Made by a program: the position numbers and the translations under genes | The notes under the pieces: model-generated | Database searches by the model: none | What the model was told of the DNA's origin: nothing | Seen by the model: only the letters and a program-made list of their open reading frames with translations | Shown: positions 29,253 to 38,832 of the stretch, in pieces | Position numbering within the stretch: position 1 is the stretch's first letter | How the letters are laid out: the number at the start of each line of letters is the position of its first letter | IMG/VR virus record: IMGVR_UViG_3300029985_000042 | Coordinates: 3,513 to 67,512 of that record | Length of the DNA stretch: 64,000 bases | Strand: one strand, 5' to 3' | DNA from: a virus

Positions 29253-30923
29253 ATGAATTTAAAATCGTTAATCAAACAATGTGTCAATGAAGTTATACTA
29301 GAATCTCAATATGGTGAGGAAGATGATATGCATTATGACGGCAATGATTTGGGAGAACGAGACCCAGATTATAAACCATCAAAAATTCAAGACCCTACTA
29401 AAGAGGAAATGATGCAGTTTCTTCAAACACAATCGGGGGGAGATGATGGTTGGCAAGATGAAGCCGAAGTTGCTATTTATTGGTTTGCAAGTGATTATCA
29501 TGGAGGACAGTCAAGTAATTTATATTCTGTATTAAGCACATCTCCATTTAGTCCGGGAAGACTTTCTAATGGAATTGAAAGTGAGGGGGATGAAATGGCT
29601 AGAATGTTTTATGATGCCTTGGTTAGTCAATATGGGGGAGACTCTGGACTAGAGCCTCAAAGAACAGAGGCCGATGCACTGGGAGATGGTCCTCCGCCGG
29701 ACTTATTTAAAAATAAAAATCCAGATACCGGAGAACATTCCCATGCTCCTGAAATGAGAGTTAGAAGTGACGAACCTCAAAATAATATTGATGAAGTTCA
29801 GCGGGATACTCCCGATGAAAAATCTAAATTTCAAACTGATATTACAAAATGGGAGGCTGATAATTTAGATACTAATGGACGATATATAGGGGAGCCACTT
29901 ACAAACTATGGGTTTACATATAAAGTTGGACAATTAGTTCCGATAACTGCTCGCTACTCTGCAATGGCGACTTGGAATCAAGCATATAAAGCACGACAAA
30001 TAAATTTAAAAATGGGAAGACCACTCGGAATGCATGAAGGATTTGACCCACAATCAATGGGCGTTAATACTCCAATGCTTCCGGGGGAGTCTAATGCCGA
30101 ATTTTATTCTGCCCAGAATTCGAAAATGTGTAAGATGGAAGAGAATGGAGAGAAAAAGAAAACTGGAATTTTATCTCCTAAAGGACTTGCTACAGTTGAA
30201 AAGTGGGCAACTACAATGGATAGTCGAGATGCTGCAAAAAGAATGATTGATTCCGTATTACGAAATAAATTAGGATTGACTTCTGATGATTTAGCCGATA
30301 CTACTACATTTGCCAATGGTCTTGATATGATTGAAGCCCGATTGCAATCTAGAGATTATCAAGGCGCATATGATGTTGCTAAAGATACCGCCAAGGAAAT
30401 GATTGAAGATGAGGGTGGTGCTGGAATGGATGAAAATCTATCAACCAATGATTTAGAGCGATTTGCCAAACAAGAAAAAAATCCATTTGTTCGTAAGGCT
30501 ATGGGTATGCCATCAGAAGATGAAGATGTTGATTATGTCGAATATGTTTCACAACGACAGGGCGAAGAACCATTCACTTTAAAAACTGGTAATGGACAAG
30601 AAAAATTTGAATATGTAAATGCTAAATATCCATCCGGAAAAGTTGATATTGCCGTTTATGCTTTCCGTGGTGATATGGTATATGGATATAATCATTTTAG
30701 AAAAATGTTTAACCTTCAAGAGTCTGATATTACCGATGTCCGCCCCCGTGATGGTGGAGCTAATATTCCAAGAGAACCAGAAGATGCTCCTAGTCAATAT
30801 ACTAAAACAAATTCTGAAATGAGCAATATGGGAAATTTGGAAGAATGTGTCTGTAAAAATTGTAAATCTTCATACACTCCAACGTATGGGGATAAAACAA
30901 ATTGCCCGGATTGTATGAAATAA
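29253..30923 (+). CDS. Acidic modular putative head-internal protein
   Basis: MNLKSLIKQCVNEVILE leader; modules joined at x-x-E sites; terminal CKNC/CPDC ribbon; late motif at 29236/29242. Confidence 0.55.
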   Translation: MNLKSLIKQCVNEVILESQYGEEDDMHYDGNDLGERDPDYKPSKIQDPTKEEMMQFLQTQSGGDDGWQDEAEVAIYWFASDYHGGQSSNLYSVLSTSPFSPGRLSNGIESEGDEMARMFYDALVSQYGGDSGLEPQRTEADALGDGPPPDLFKNKNPDTGEHSHAPEMRVRSDEPQNNIDEVQRDTPDEKSKFQTDITKWEADNLDTNGRYIGEPLTNYGFTYKVGQLVPITARYSAMATWNQAYKARQINLKMGRPLGMHEGFDPQSMGVNTPMLPGESNAEFYSAQNSKMCKMEENGEKKKTGILSPKGLATVEKWATTMDSRDAAKRMIDSVLRNKLGLTSDDLADTTTFANGLDMIEARLQSRDYQGAYDVAKDTAKEMIEDEGGAGMDENLSTNDLERFAKQEKNPFVRKAMGMPSEDEDVDYVEYVSQRQGEEPFTLKTGNGQEKFEYVNAKYPSGKVDIAVYAFRGDMVYGYNHFRKMFNLQESDITDVRPRDGGANIPREPEDAPSQYTKTNSEMSNMGNLEECVCKNCKSSYTPTYGDKTNCPDCMK

Positions 30924-30935
30924 AATAAGTTTACT

Positions 30936-31187
30936 ATGAAATTATTTGAAAATACTGGTGGAAATATGTTTAAAGCGATTAACGAACTAGGGCATCCCGA
31001 ACACCGATTTAGATTGACGTATGATGGCGGCGATATTGAATGTCCTAAGTGTAAAACTTCATTTGCTGTTGGGGATTGGAACACCGAATATGGAGACCCT
31101 ATGTTGGGAGACCATGAAACGAAATGTCTTAAATGCGGAACTCCATTTCATTTCAGTGTAAATATAACGTTTAAATCGTGGGCATAA
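30936..31187 (+). CDS. Small Zn-ribbon protein with MKLFENT leader
   Basis: CPKC...CLKC. Confidence 0.55.
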   Translation: MKLFENTGGNMFKAINELGHPEHRFRLTYDGGDIECPKCKTSFAVGDWNTEYGDPMLGDHETKCLKCGTPFHFSVNITFKSWA

Positions 31188-31229
31188 TAAAATAAGTTTA
31201 CTTCTTCGATAGATAGTTTATAATTCAAC

Positions 31230-31853
31230 ATGAAACTATTTGAAAATACTGATGGCAATTCCTTTAAATTGATGGAAGAATTCAGATGCTCTTCTCCTAT
31301 AAAATCACATATACAAATTCAGGAAGAAATCAAAAATTTAATGGAAATGCCAATAAGGATTCCAAAATGGGAAAATAATAAATTGGAAAGTAGCGATTAT
31401 AACCATGGAATAGTTGCTTATTATAAGGAAAATGGGAAATTGGTCGATGCCTTCAAAAATTATGATATATATGAATTAATTGATAGTGATAAAATAAATA
31501 ATATATTTGTCAATGGGGAAATAGCATGGGCATATTTTAAATTTAAAGTTGATAAAAATATAATGTTCGAAGATACTGTCTGGCAGGATATGAAGTCGGG
31601 CGGGCTATGCCGAGAGATATTGTTTAATTATTATTTAAAGAGATATAACGGGATAATTTCCGATGGCAAACATTCACCATATGGTGAAAAATATTGGAAA
31701 AAACTATTACAACAAGCCAAAGATTCTGGCTATAAATTATTTGCGGTTGATATTGGAACTTGGACACCAACTTCTATTGGGATGGACGATATTGATAAAT
31801 TTTATTCAAATACATTGGCAATGGAAGATTATCGGTTCATGATTTTAAAATAA
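31230..31853 (+). CDS. GNAT-like protein with MKLFENT leader
   Basis: GGLCREILF...IISDGKHSPYGEKYWKKL resembles phage GNAT-fold motif B. Confidence 0.45.
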   Translation: MKLFENTDGNSFKLMEEFRCSSPIKSHIQIQEEIKNLMEMPIRIPKWENNKLESSDYNHGIVAYYKENGKLVDAFKNYDIYELIDSDKINNIFVNGEIAWAYFKFKVDKNIMFEDTVWQDMKSGGLCREILFNYYLKRYNGIISDGKHSPYGEKYWKKLLQQAKDSGYKLFAVDIGTWTPTSIGMDDIDKFYSNTLAMEDYRFMILK

Positions 31854-31854
31854 G

Positions 31855-31882
31855 TTTACTTCTTTGATGTTTAGGATATAAT
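31855..31882 (+). promoter_or_regulatory. Sigma70-like promoter of guaC
   Basis: TTTACT-16nt-TATAAT, 9 nt before the ATG. Confidence 0.6.
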
Positions 31883-31891
31883 GGTGGCACT

Positions 31892-32860
31892 ATGGCTACA
31901 ATTTTAAATAAACCACAAGCGTTAAATTATAAAAATATTATACTGAAACATGGTAAATGTATAGTATCTTCCCGAAGTGAGTGTGACATTTCCACTACTA
32001 TCGCCAACAAAAAAGTTGCCGCACCGGTATACATATCCAACATGATTTCGGTATTAAATCATGATATTGTTAAAAAATTTGATGATAATAAATGGTTTCA
32101 TATATGGCATAGAATAGGGGATTATCAACACATAAAAGACTATGTAAAATGGGCAAACGAGTCTAACCTATATTTCGTATCAATATCAATTGGTATTAAA
32201 GAACAAGATATGGATTTATTGAAATGGTTAAAGGAGTCGGGATATAGAATTGACAGTATTTGTATAGATGTTGCGTTTTCTTATAATGACATTATATTGC
32301 CGATTATAGAATATATAAAAAACAATTTTCCAACTACATATTTAATAGTTGGAAATGGAGATAGCACAGATTGGATTTTATGGCTGGAAAAATATGGGGT
32401 AGATGCTGCAAAAATAAATATTGGAGTTTCCGCCGCCTGTCGGACAAAACAATTCACCGGGTTTGGGTCAACTACAATTACTGATTTATATGAGTGTTCG
32501 AAAGTATCTAATATTGATATCATATGTGATGGTGGGTTGACCGTCGAAAATAATGAAGTATGGATTGGTGATATTGCCAAAGCCATAAGATTTGGTGCTA
32601 CAGCAGTAATGTCGGGGACTCTATTTAAAAATTGCATTGATTCACCGGCATTAACAAATTCATACTATGGTAATGCAAGTAGAAAAGCAAAGGGTAATAA
32701 TCATGTCGAAGGAACTATTCTTGACAACATACAGACTAATGGATTGACAACTGTAGAGTTGATTAAATTAATTGAAGAATCGCTTCGCTCATCCATGAGT
32801 TATAGCGGCGGGCGGGTGTTATCCGACCTAACTAAATGTGACTATCAAATTATAAATTAG
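31892..32860 (+). CDS. guaC: GMP reductase (IMPDH/GMPR family)
   Basis: SRSECD; SNM; IDVA; IVGN; KINIGVSAACRTK...TGF catalytic loop; IICDGG; GDIAKAIRFGATAVM; HVEG. Confidence 0.85.
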   Translation: MATILNKPQALNYKNIILKHGKCIVSSRSECDISTTIANKKVAAPVYISNMISVLNHDIVKKFDDNKWFHIWHRIGDYQHIKDYVKWANESNLYFVSISIGIKEQDMDLLKWLKESGYRIDSICIDVAFSYNDIILPIIEYIKNNFPTTYLIVGNGDSTDWILWLEKYGVDAAKINIGVSAACRTKQFTGFGSTTITDLYECSKVSNIDIICDGGLTVENNEVWIGDIAKAIRFGATAVMSGTLFKNCIDSPALTNSYYGNASRKAKGNNHVEGTILDNIQTNGLTTVELIKLIEESLRSSMSYSGGRVLSDLTKCDYQIIN

Positions 32861-33887
32861 GAACTAAATCTGGATTTATTTGGTTATATTTTTTAGAATA
32901 TACATTATATAGCATCAAATATTTTTGATACTTTCTATCCAACCCAAAGAGCTTTCCACCATAAATATAATTTAATGCTATCATCATATTATTCCGAGTG
33001 CTAACTTCAAATCTAGAATTCCCACCGTTTGAAAATTTTTGACGGATTATTTTCCCACCTAAAAATGTATTTTCTGCAAATTTCCATTCTTGATTGTAAT
33101 TGGATGTTATTGAAAAATACGATTCTGAATAATTGGTAGGTAATACATAAATACAACCATCGGCATCGGCCAATCCCCTCCAGAAATAACATTTAAATTT
33201 ATCGGGTATAAATTCCAATACTTTGGTTGGTGATTTTTTATATTTATCTATAAAGTCTAAGTCCGATAACAGCATAAATAACGACTTATTATTCGTGCTT
33301 ATAATAGTTTGCTCTCTGTCATTTTTACCTTTTGGTTGATATTTATAAGTATCCCACTCACCCGTCGAATTGAAGATTGGTAATAATGATTTCGCATCAT
33401 CACTTGTTATTTTAGTCCGTATATTATAACCATGCCCACGTGATATATAACCATCTCCCCATAAAAATCCAAGGATATAGGCAACTTCCGGGATACTACA
33501 AGTCTCAAATAACGAATTGATTATTTTAGATTTAAATCGCAACTGGCTATTTTCGGATAGTAACTCCGATCTACATGCACTTGAAATTTTTAAGTTTGAT
33601 TTATTTGCTTGATGTAAGCACGATGACTTCGATTTATTCAAAATCTTGCCACATTTTTTTGGTCCCAATTCAGAATAATGCTCAATTAACCAATTTACAT
33701 CAACATCCGACCACGTTAATTTTCCTTGTTGTCTTTTATATATCCCGGCCAATTTAACCATCTTCTGTATAGAATAAATAGAACAGTTTAATTGTTTGCT
33801 TATATCAATAATTTTAGTCTTATCTTTATACAATTCTATTATTTTATTCTTTAAAATAAGGTCTTGTCCTTTGGATTTATTATTCAT
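32850..33887 (-). CDS. Free-standing LAGLIDADG homing endonuclease
   Basis: AYILGFLWGDG and FWRGLADADG motifs; N-terminal HTH; LDRK. Confidence 0.85.
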   Translation of the reverse strand: MNNKSKGQDLILKNKIIELYKDKTKIIDISKQLNCSIYSIQKMVKLAGIYKRQQGKLTWSDVDVNWLIEHYSELGPKKCGKILNKSKSSCLHQANKSNLKISSACRSELLSENSQLRFKSKIINSLFETCSIPEVAYILGFLWGDGYISRGHGYNIRTKITSDDAKSLLPIFNSTGEWDTYKYQPKGKNDREQTIISTNNKSLFMLLSDLDFIDKYKKSPTKVLEFIPDKFKCYFWRGLADADGCIYVLPTNYSESYFSITSNYNQEWKFAENTFLGGKIIRQKFSNGGNSRFEVSTRNNMMIALNYIYGGKLFGLDRKYQKYLMLYNVYSKKYNQINPDLVPNL

Positions 33888-34036
33888 AGTTTTATTTTCT
33901 TATCATCCATATATTTTTTAATAATTTCCTCCACTAATTTATTGAGGACTAATTTATTGGCGGCACAATAAGTCTTAATCTTCGTATGGATTTCTTCGTT
34001 GATACCGATGTTTTTTAATTTGATATTTTCTTTCAT
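33884..34036 (-). CDS. Unannotated ribbon-helix-helix protein (50 aa)
   Basis: MKENIKLKNIGINEEIHTKIKTYCAANKLVLNKLVEEIIKKYMDDKKIKL; ATGA overlap with the LAGLIDADG start. Confidence 0.75.
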   Translation of the reverse strand: MKENIKLKNIGINEEIHTKIKTYCAANKLVLNKLVEEIIKKYMDDKKIKL

Positions 34037-34122
34037 ATACTATATGTATCAATGAAAAAGTGCAAAACATCAAAAATGTAGAAATATATTGACTTATTTT
34101 TGGAATATGATAATATTTATGG

Positions 34123-34386
34123 ATGAATGATATCTCAGGAGAAGTAATATGTAGTATACTTGGACTTTTAGTTGGATTAATGTTTGGAGTATTGGGACTG
34201 ACATTAACATTATTCAATAAACAACTGGTCAAAAGCAATCAAAAGCTTATGTGGATTTTAGATGATTTTGAGAAGATTGCCAATACGTCTGAAAAAAGTG
34301 AACATTCCAGAAATCAACCAGAGTTTCCAACTCCGAATGATTTTTTAGAATACTCGGAGGAAATACGGCCACTATATGGCATATAA
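34123..34386 (+). CDS. Small membrane protein, possibly frameshifted near 34375
   Basis: N-terminal TM helix; an alternative frame continues to TGA 34463. Confidence 0.45.
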   Translation: MNDISGEVICSILGLLVGLMFGVLGLTLTLFNKQLVKSNQKLMWILDDFEKIANTSEKSEHSRNQPEFPTPNDFLEYSEEIRPLYGI

Positions 34387-34459
34387 TCGATGATATAGCA
34401 TATGAAAATGAATTTGTAAAATTAATGGATAATTCAGGATATAGTAGAGGCAATATATT

Positions 34460-34723
34460 ATGAAAATTAAAGTAATAACTCTCCAAACTCCACAATTACG
34501 AGATGATTTGAGATATGATAAATACTGTATTAGTGAGGAACTCTCATATCGATTAAGAAAAATTCCATTAGATATCGATGTTGATAAGGAGATAGAATGT
34601 TTGATAAATCAAGCAATTTCGGAATCTGTGAATGGTAAAATTATATCTGTTTCATCTAAAATAACAAACGACTCCGTAAATTTTTGTCCTGTCGAAGAAC
34701 TTACTATAAAATATGAAAGTTAA
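34460..34723 (+). CDS. Hypothetical protein
   Basis: ORF track; operon coupling. Confidence 0.5.
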   Translation: MKIKVITLQTPQLRDDLRYDKYCISEELSYRLRKIPLDIDVDKEIECLINQAISESVNGKIISVSSKITNDSVNFCPVEELTIKYES

Positions 34724-35231
34724 AATAAGAATTGGAATGCAAACCCTACTTGGAGTTATTTCAAATTCACTTAAACAAGGAATTCCGGTGGATGGTGGAA
34801 ATTGCTTTGATTTGATTGACGACGATGATAAACCACATCGAATAGTAAATTTCTGCGTTGAAAACTTTAAATATATAACTAAAAAATTAAACCTGACATA
34901 TGTGTATGTTGACCTACTCCCTAAATCGGATACATTGTGGATTATAAATGACCATAGAATACCTCAAGAGTGGTATAGTAAAGAATATTGTATTGTTTGC
35001 ACTCCCATCCGAATGCTTCCAACTGAACAGCGTAAAAAATATTTATCCGAGCATAAATTTAAGAAATATACAGATGAAAGCGGAACTTCATGGACTCTTA
35101 TTAAATCTAAAGAACCAAAGTGGGAAGCAGGATTGATTTATGCTCCATATATTCCAAAATGCTTGGATGGATGGAAAGTGGAATCGGAACAAGATTTAAC
35201 ATGTTATACATATAAAAATATTAAATTATGA
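34713..35231 (+). CDS. Hypothetical protein with gp23-like AGLIYAPYIP motif
   Basis: ORF track; motif matches TGAVYSPYIP of the major capsid in this window. Confidence 0.55.
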   Translation: MKVKIRIGMQTLLGVISNSLKQGIPVDGGNCFDLIDDDDKPHRIVNFCVENFKYITKKLNLTYVYVDLLPKSDTLWIINDHRIPQEWYSKEYCIVCTPIRMLPTEQRKKYLSEHKFKKYTDESGTSWTLIKSKEPKWEAGLIYAPYIPKCLDGWKVESEQDLTCYTYKNIKL

Positions 35232-35506
35232 CTAACGAGCAACTGTATAAATATGTCGGAAGTAGTTTTCAAGATGAAACTATTATAAAAAGTAGCCAAG
35301 AACCAGCCGACAAAATAGCACAAAATAATACCACAATAAAAATGTGGGACTATATAAATAAGTTAACTACCGAGGAATTGAAAAATACATTGGCAAAAGC
35401 AATAATTCAGAATAATCAATTAAAATCGGATTTTGATAAATTAACAATTGAGCATAATGATTTCCGGCGACAGCACATTGGCGATGGCCGATGGGATAGA
35501 TATTAA
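35228..35506 (+). CDS. Hypothetical coiled-coil protein
   Basis: ORF track; ATGA overlap. Confidence 0.5.
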   Translation: MTNEQLYKYVGSSFQDETIIKSSQEPADKIAQNNTTIKMWDYINKLTTEELKNTLAKAIIQNNQLKSDFDKLTIEHNDFRRQHIGDGRWDRY

Positions 35507-35549
35507 AATCTTGACATTTTATACATTTTTGGTATTATAGTTCCATATT

Positions 35550-36071
35550 ATGAGAAAAAATGCTAAGACAAAGCGGATTGCGGAAGAGACTCTGATTAAA
35601 ATTGATAATATTGTCAAACACGTCAATCGAGTTCAAGAGAACTGCATCATTCTTGGAAAGTATTTAATATCAAGTGGCAAAATTGATTTGGGAGTAGCAC
35701 TAATAGCAAATGGATACTGCCATGATGTTTCTAAATTTAAAGGTATAGAATTTCAGTTTATGTCTCCGACCCAACCTACTAAGGAAGATGAAGCCAAATT
35801 AAAATTAAAACTGGCAATTCAACATCATCAGAAAGTAAACCCGCACCACGTCGAACATTGGCAATCTATACATGACATGCCAGACGTATATTTGGCCGAA
35901 TTTTGTTGTGATATTCTTGCCCGCTCGCAGGAATTTGGAACGAATCTTCGAGAATGGATTGACGACGACGCCACTAAACGATTTAACTTCTCCAAAGAAG
36001 ATGACGTTTACAAGAAAATAATGGAATACGTCGACATTCTCTGTCAGTCTCCGTTTGAACAAATTAAATAA
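35550..36071 (+). CDS. HD-superfamily (DUF5662-like) protein
   Basis: H...V; HDVSK; HH..N.HH.EHW; MP..YL.E..CD; own promoter at 35511-35538. Confidence 0.7.
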   Translation: MRKNAKTKRIAEETLIKIDNIVKHVNRVQENCIILGKYLISSGKIDLGVALIANGYCHDVSKFKGIEFQFMSPTQPTKEDEAKLKLKLAIQHHQKVNPHHVEHWQSIHDMPDVYLAEFCCDILARSQEFGTNLREWIDDDATKRFNFSKEDDVYKKIMEYVDILCQSPFEQIK

Positions 36072-36073
36072 AT

Positions 36074-36244
36074 ATGATACTATATTCTACAGTAAGATGT
36101 AATAAGTGCTGGAATTATATTCATTTTAATTATACTATAGATATAAAATCAATTAAATGTTGTTGTTTAGCATGTGATTGGACTAGATGGGACGTTTCAT
36201 CCGAAATGTTGTATCAGATTAAAGACCGTAAATTGAGTAAATAG
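36074..36244 (+). CDS. Unannotated 56-aa Zn-ribbon protein
   Basis: MILYSTVRCNKCWNYIHF...CCCLACDW..., translated by hand. Confidence 0.45.
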   Translation: MILYSTVRCNKCWNYIHFNYTIDIKSIKCCCLACDWTRWDVSSEMLYQIKDRKLSK

Positions 36245-36268
36245 TATATTTTAATTATATTTATATAT

Positions 36269-36745
36269 GTGGTTAAAATTGCACTACATCATCCATTAAG
36301 TAAGATTGAAAAAACTATTTGTTTATTTTCACGGGGGAAATATTGCCACGCAAGTATAATATTAGATGATGGGTCGGTATATGAGTCCAAAGCATGGATT
36401 GGTGTTAGAAAGAAATCTTCAATATCAGACGGCGAACAGGTGGGGAAACGTATAGATTTATACACTGTAAAATTGAAGCCAGACCAAAAAAAACTATTAA
36501 TAAAATTTTTAGAGTCTAGAATGGGATGGAAGTATGATTATTTTGGTGTATTGGGATTTGTTATATATTCTACCCGTGAAACTCGGCTCGACCTTCATAG
36601 AGTGTTTTGTTCTGAACTAGTGGCGGCTGCGCTTGGTCATGCTAAATTTAAATTGTTAGAACGAATTCCAGCATGGAAAGTGGCTCCCGTCATGTTGTCA
36701 TGGTCTCCCAAAATAAAATTTGAAAAAACCATCGTTATAAAATAA
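36269..36745 (+). CDS. Permuted papain-like amidase (YiiX/YaeF, C92)
   Basis: YCHAS...GWKYD...FCSELVA...P; His precedes the catalytic Cys. Confidence 0.8.
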   Translation: MVKIALHHPLSKIEKTICLFSRGKYCHASIILDDGSVYESKAWIGVRKKSSISDGEQVGKRIDLYTVKLKPDQKKLLIKFLESRMGWKYDYFGVLGFVIYSTRETRLDLHRVFCSELVAAALGHAKFKLLERIPAWKVAPVMLSWSPKIKFEKTIVIK

Positions 36746-36930
36746 TATTAAAGTTAGATTTCAAATTTGAGAATGTGGTTGATTTGTTATTATACAGATT
36801 GTCAATTACCATGTAGAAGTCATTTAAATCTAACGTATTTTTCATTGTGTTGATACTATCTAAACACAATACTATATTAGTTTTAACATATCCATCATTA
36901 GAATTTACCCTATCAACCGACAATGTTACG
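36735..36930 (-). pseudogene. C-terminal remnant of an HNH-type endonuclease
   Basis: SVDRVNSNDGYVKTNIVLCLDSINTMK; N-terminus missing. Confidence 0.6.
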
Positions 36931-37190
36931 TAAAATAATGGAGTGAGCATAGGATGCTTTAAACAAGGCAAAATACGATTGTTCGAACATACCGTAAAGT
37001 AGCGGCTCCATTAGGAATTTATTCTCTTGACAAATTTTTAATATCTGATATTCTACTCTCAATGAAAATTGAATCAAAAATTAAAACTATTCAGGACGAA
37101 ACTGGAATTGCTAAACAAGAATTAATGGAATGTTAAGTTCGTATGACATTCTTTGTCAGTCTCCATTTACAAATTTGAATAAATAATAAT

Positions 37191-37448
37191 ATGATGTATA
37201 CATTAACTGAAGAAGAATATAGCACATTAAAAGAAGCTGCTCAAAGAAGTTCTAATTTACCAACCCCAAAACAATTACAAACGATATGCACTTTAATTGC
37301 AGATACTATGCCAATTAAATGGTCGTGGGGAATTGGAAAAGAATCTCCAATGCCTTGGAAGTGTATAATAAATCAATCTGATTGGTATTGTGATGAATGT
37401 CCTGTTCGGAGATTGTGCGAATATCCTCATAAAAAATATAGTCAATAA
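37191..37448 (+). CDS. Small Cys-rich hypothetical protein
   Basis: PWKCI...YCDECPV..LC. Confidence 0.6.
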   Translation: MMYTLTEEEYSTLKEAAQRSSNLPTPKQLQTICTLIADTMPIKWSWGIGKESPMPWKCIINQSDWYCDECPVRRLCEYPHKKYSQ

Positions 37449-37449
37449 T

Positions 37450-37680
37450 ATGTCTAAAAAGAATAAAATTCCTCGTAAATTAAGTCTGGTAAAATTTGAT
37501 TTTGATAGCGTTGATAAAAAATATCACGAACAATATCCATTTCTTCCAAGTTCTCATTACATATTCTTAGGAGAAATTCCTAATATGGCGGAACATTGCG
37601 TTATAGGTAAAAAAGATGGCACAATCACTTGGGGATGGCATACTAATAATTTTGTTGAATTAAGTGAAGAAGAAGTTTAA
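37450..37680 (+). CDS. Small hypothetical protein
   Basis: FLGEIPNMAEHCV; ATG 37450 follows the upstream stop. Confidence 0.6.
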   Translation: MSKKNKIPRKLSLVKFDFDSVDKKYHEQYPFLPSSHYIFLGEIPNMAEHCVIGKKDGTITWGWHTNNFVELSEEEV

Positions 37681-37684
37681 TTTC

Positions 37685-37712
37685 TTGACTTCTTCCAATT
37701 ATTTGGTATAAT
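37685..37712 (+). promoter_or_regulatory. Sigma70-like promoter with extended -10
   Basis: TTGACT-16nt-TATAAT with TGG extension. Confidence 0.7.
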
Positions 37713-37721
37713 CTCAAAATT

Positions 37722-38831
37722 ATGAACTGGTTATTACCAAATATTAGTTTTTTAGCAATTGACGGGTCGAAAAGTTATGGAATGTCCCACTCAACGAGTG
37801 ACACCGACGTAAAAGGTATTGTATTACCTCCCATCGAAATTCGAGAACATTTATTCAATAAATTCGACCAAGCAATCAACAATAAAGATTTAGAACTTAA
37901 ATATTCTCATTTAAAAAATCCTAACAATCCGAAGTTCGAATCCACCCTTTTTAGTTTATCTAAATTCTTCCAACTTGCCGCTCAGGTAAACCCCAATATA
38001 ATTTCTCTTTTATGGACTTCTCAATCTGATATTTTGGAATGTAATAAAATTGGTGAGGAATTACTAAAAAATAGAGATTTATTTCTATCAACCAAGGCAA
38101 AGTGGACATTTGGAGGTTACAGCTTGAGCCAGTTTTCCTTAATCGAGAGACATCGTCGGTGGTTAATTAAAGGTGAAATGACTAAACCAGACCGTAAGGA
38201 TTATGGATTGGTTGGTGAAGTCCTACAAGGACATTCAGAAATCGATAGACTTGTTAAGAAAGAAATTGAAAATTGGAATTTCTCTAAATTTTCTATGGAT
38301 GAATTAGAACGGCAAGAATTAAAGGAAACTGTGTGGGAATGTGTCTTGAAGTTATGCAATAATAAAATTTCATGGGATAATTGGCCGCAGAAGTATGAAG
38401 AAGCCATTTTAACTGATTTTTCAAAGACATTCAATCTATCATCTGAAATTACTAACTTAATATTGAGAGAAACTCGGTATAAGAATGATTTAAAGGACTA
38501 TAATAGCTGGTTAAACTGGAAACAGAATAGAAACCTTGATAGAATGAAATTGGAGAAAGACTTTAATTATGATTGTAAATCCGGGGCTCACCTCAAACGA
38601 CTTATGGAAATGTCGTCGGAGATTTTATCCGGCAAGGGAGTAATAGTAAAAAGACCAGATGCGGAAGAATTATTATTCATACGCAGTGGAGGCTGGTCAT
38701 ATGACAAACTCAAAGATTGGTTTGAGAAGAAGTCAATTGAGATAGAGGAGTTATACAAAACCACAACACTTCCAAAATCAGTAAACTATGAAAAAATTAA
38801 TGAATTGTATCAATATTTAATTCAATTATAA
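37722..38831 (+). CDS. Pol-beta-family nucleotidyltransferase (Nuc-transf / T4 NrdC.11-like)
   Basis: GSKSYG....SDTDVKG; NPN; YDCK...HLKRL; LLFIRSG. Confidence 0.85.
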   Translation: MNWLLPNISFLAIDGSKSYGMSHSTSDTDVKGIVLPPIEIREHLFNKFDQAINNKDLELKYSHLKNPNNPKFESTLFSLSKFFQLAAQVNPNIISLLWTSQSDILECNKIGEELLKNRDLFLSTKAKWTFGGYSLSQFSLIERHRRWLIKGEMTKPDRKDYGLVGEVLQGHSEIDRLVKKEIENWNFSKFSMDELERQELKETVWECVLKLCNNKISWDNWPQKYEEAILTDFSKTFNLSSEITNLILRETRYKNDLKDYNSWLNWKQNRNLDRMKLEKDFNYDCKSGAHLKRLMEMSSEILSGKGVIVKRPDAEELLFIRSGGWSYDKLKDWFEKKSIEIEELYKTTTLPKSVNYEKINELYQYLIQL

Positions 38832-38832
38832 A

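Noticed and set aside
37062-37136. 24-aa ORF MKIESKIKTIQDETGIAKQELMEC with its own promoter, vaguely like the EF-Ts N-terminus
   Set aside because: Too short; likely a truncated remnant.
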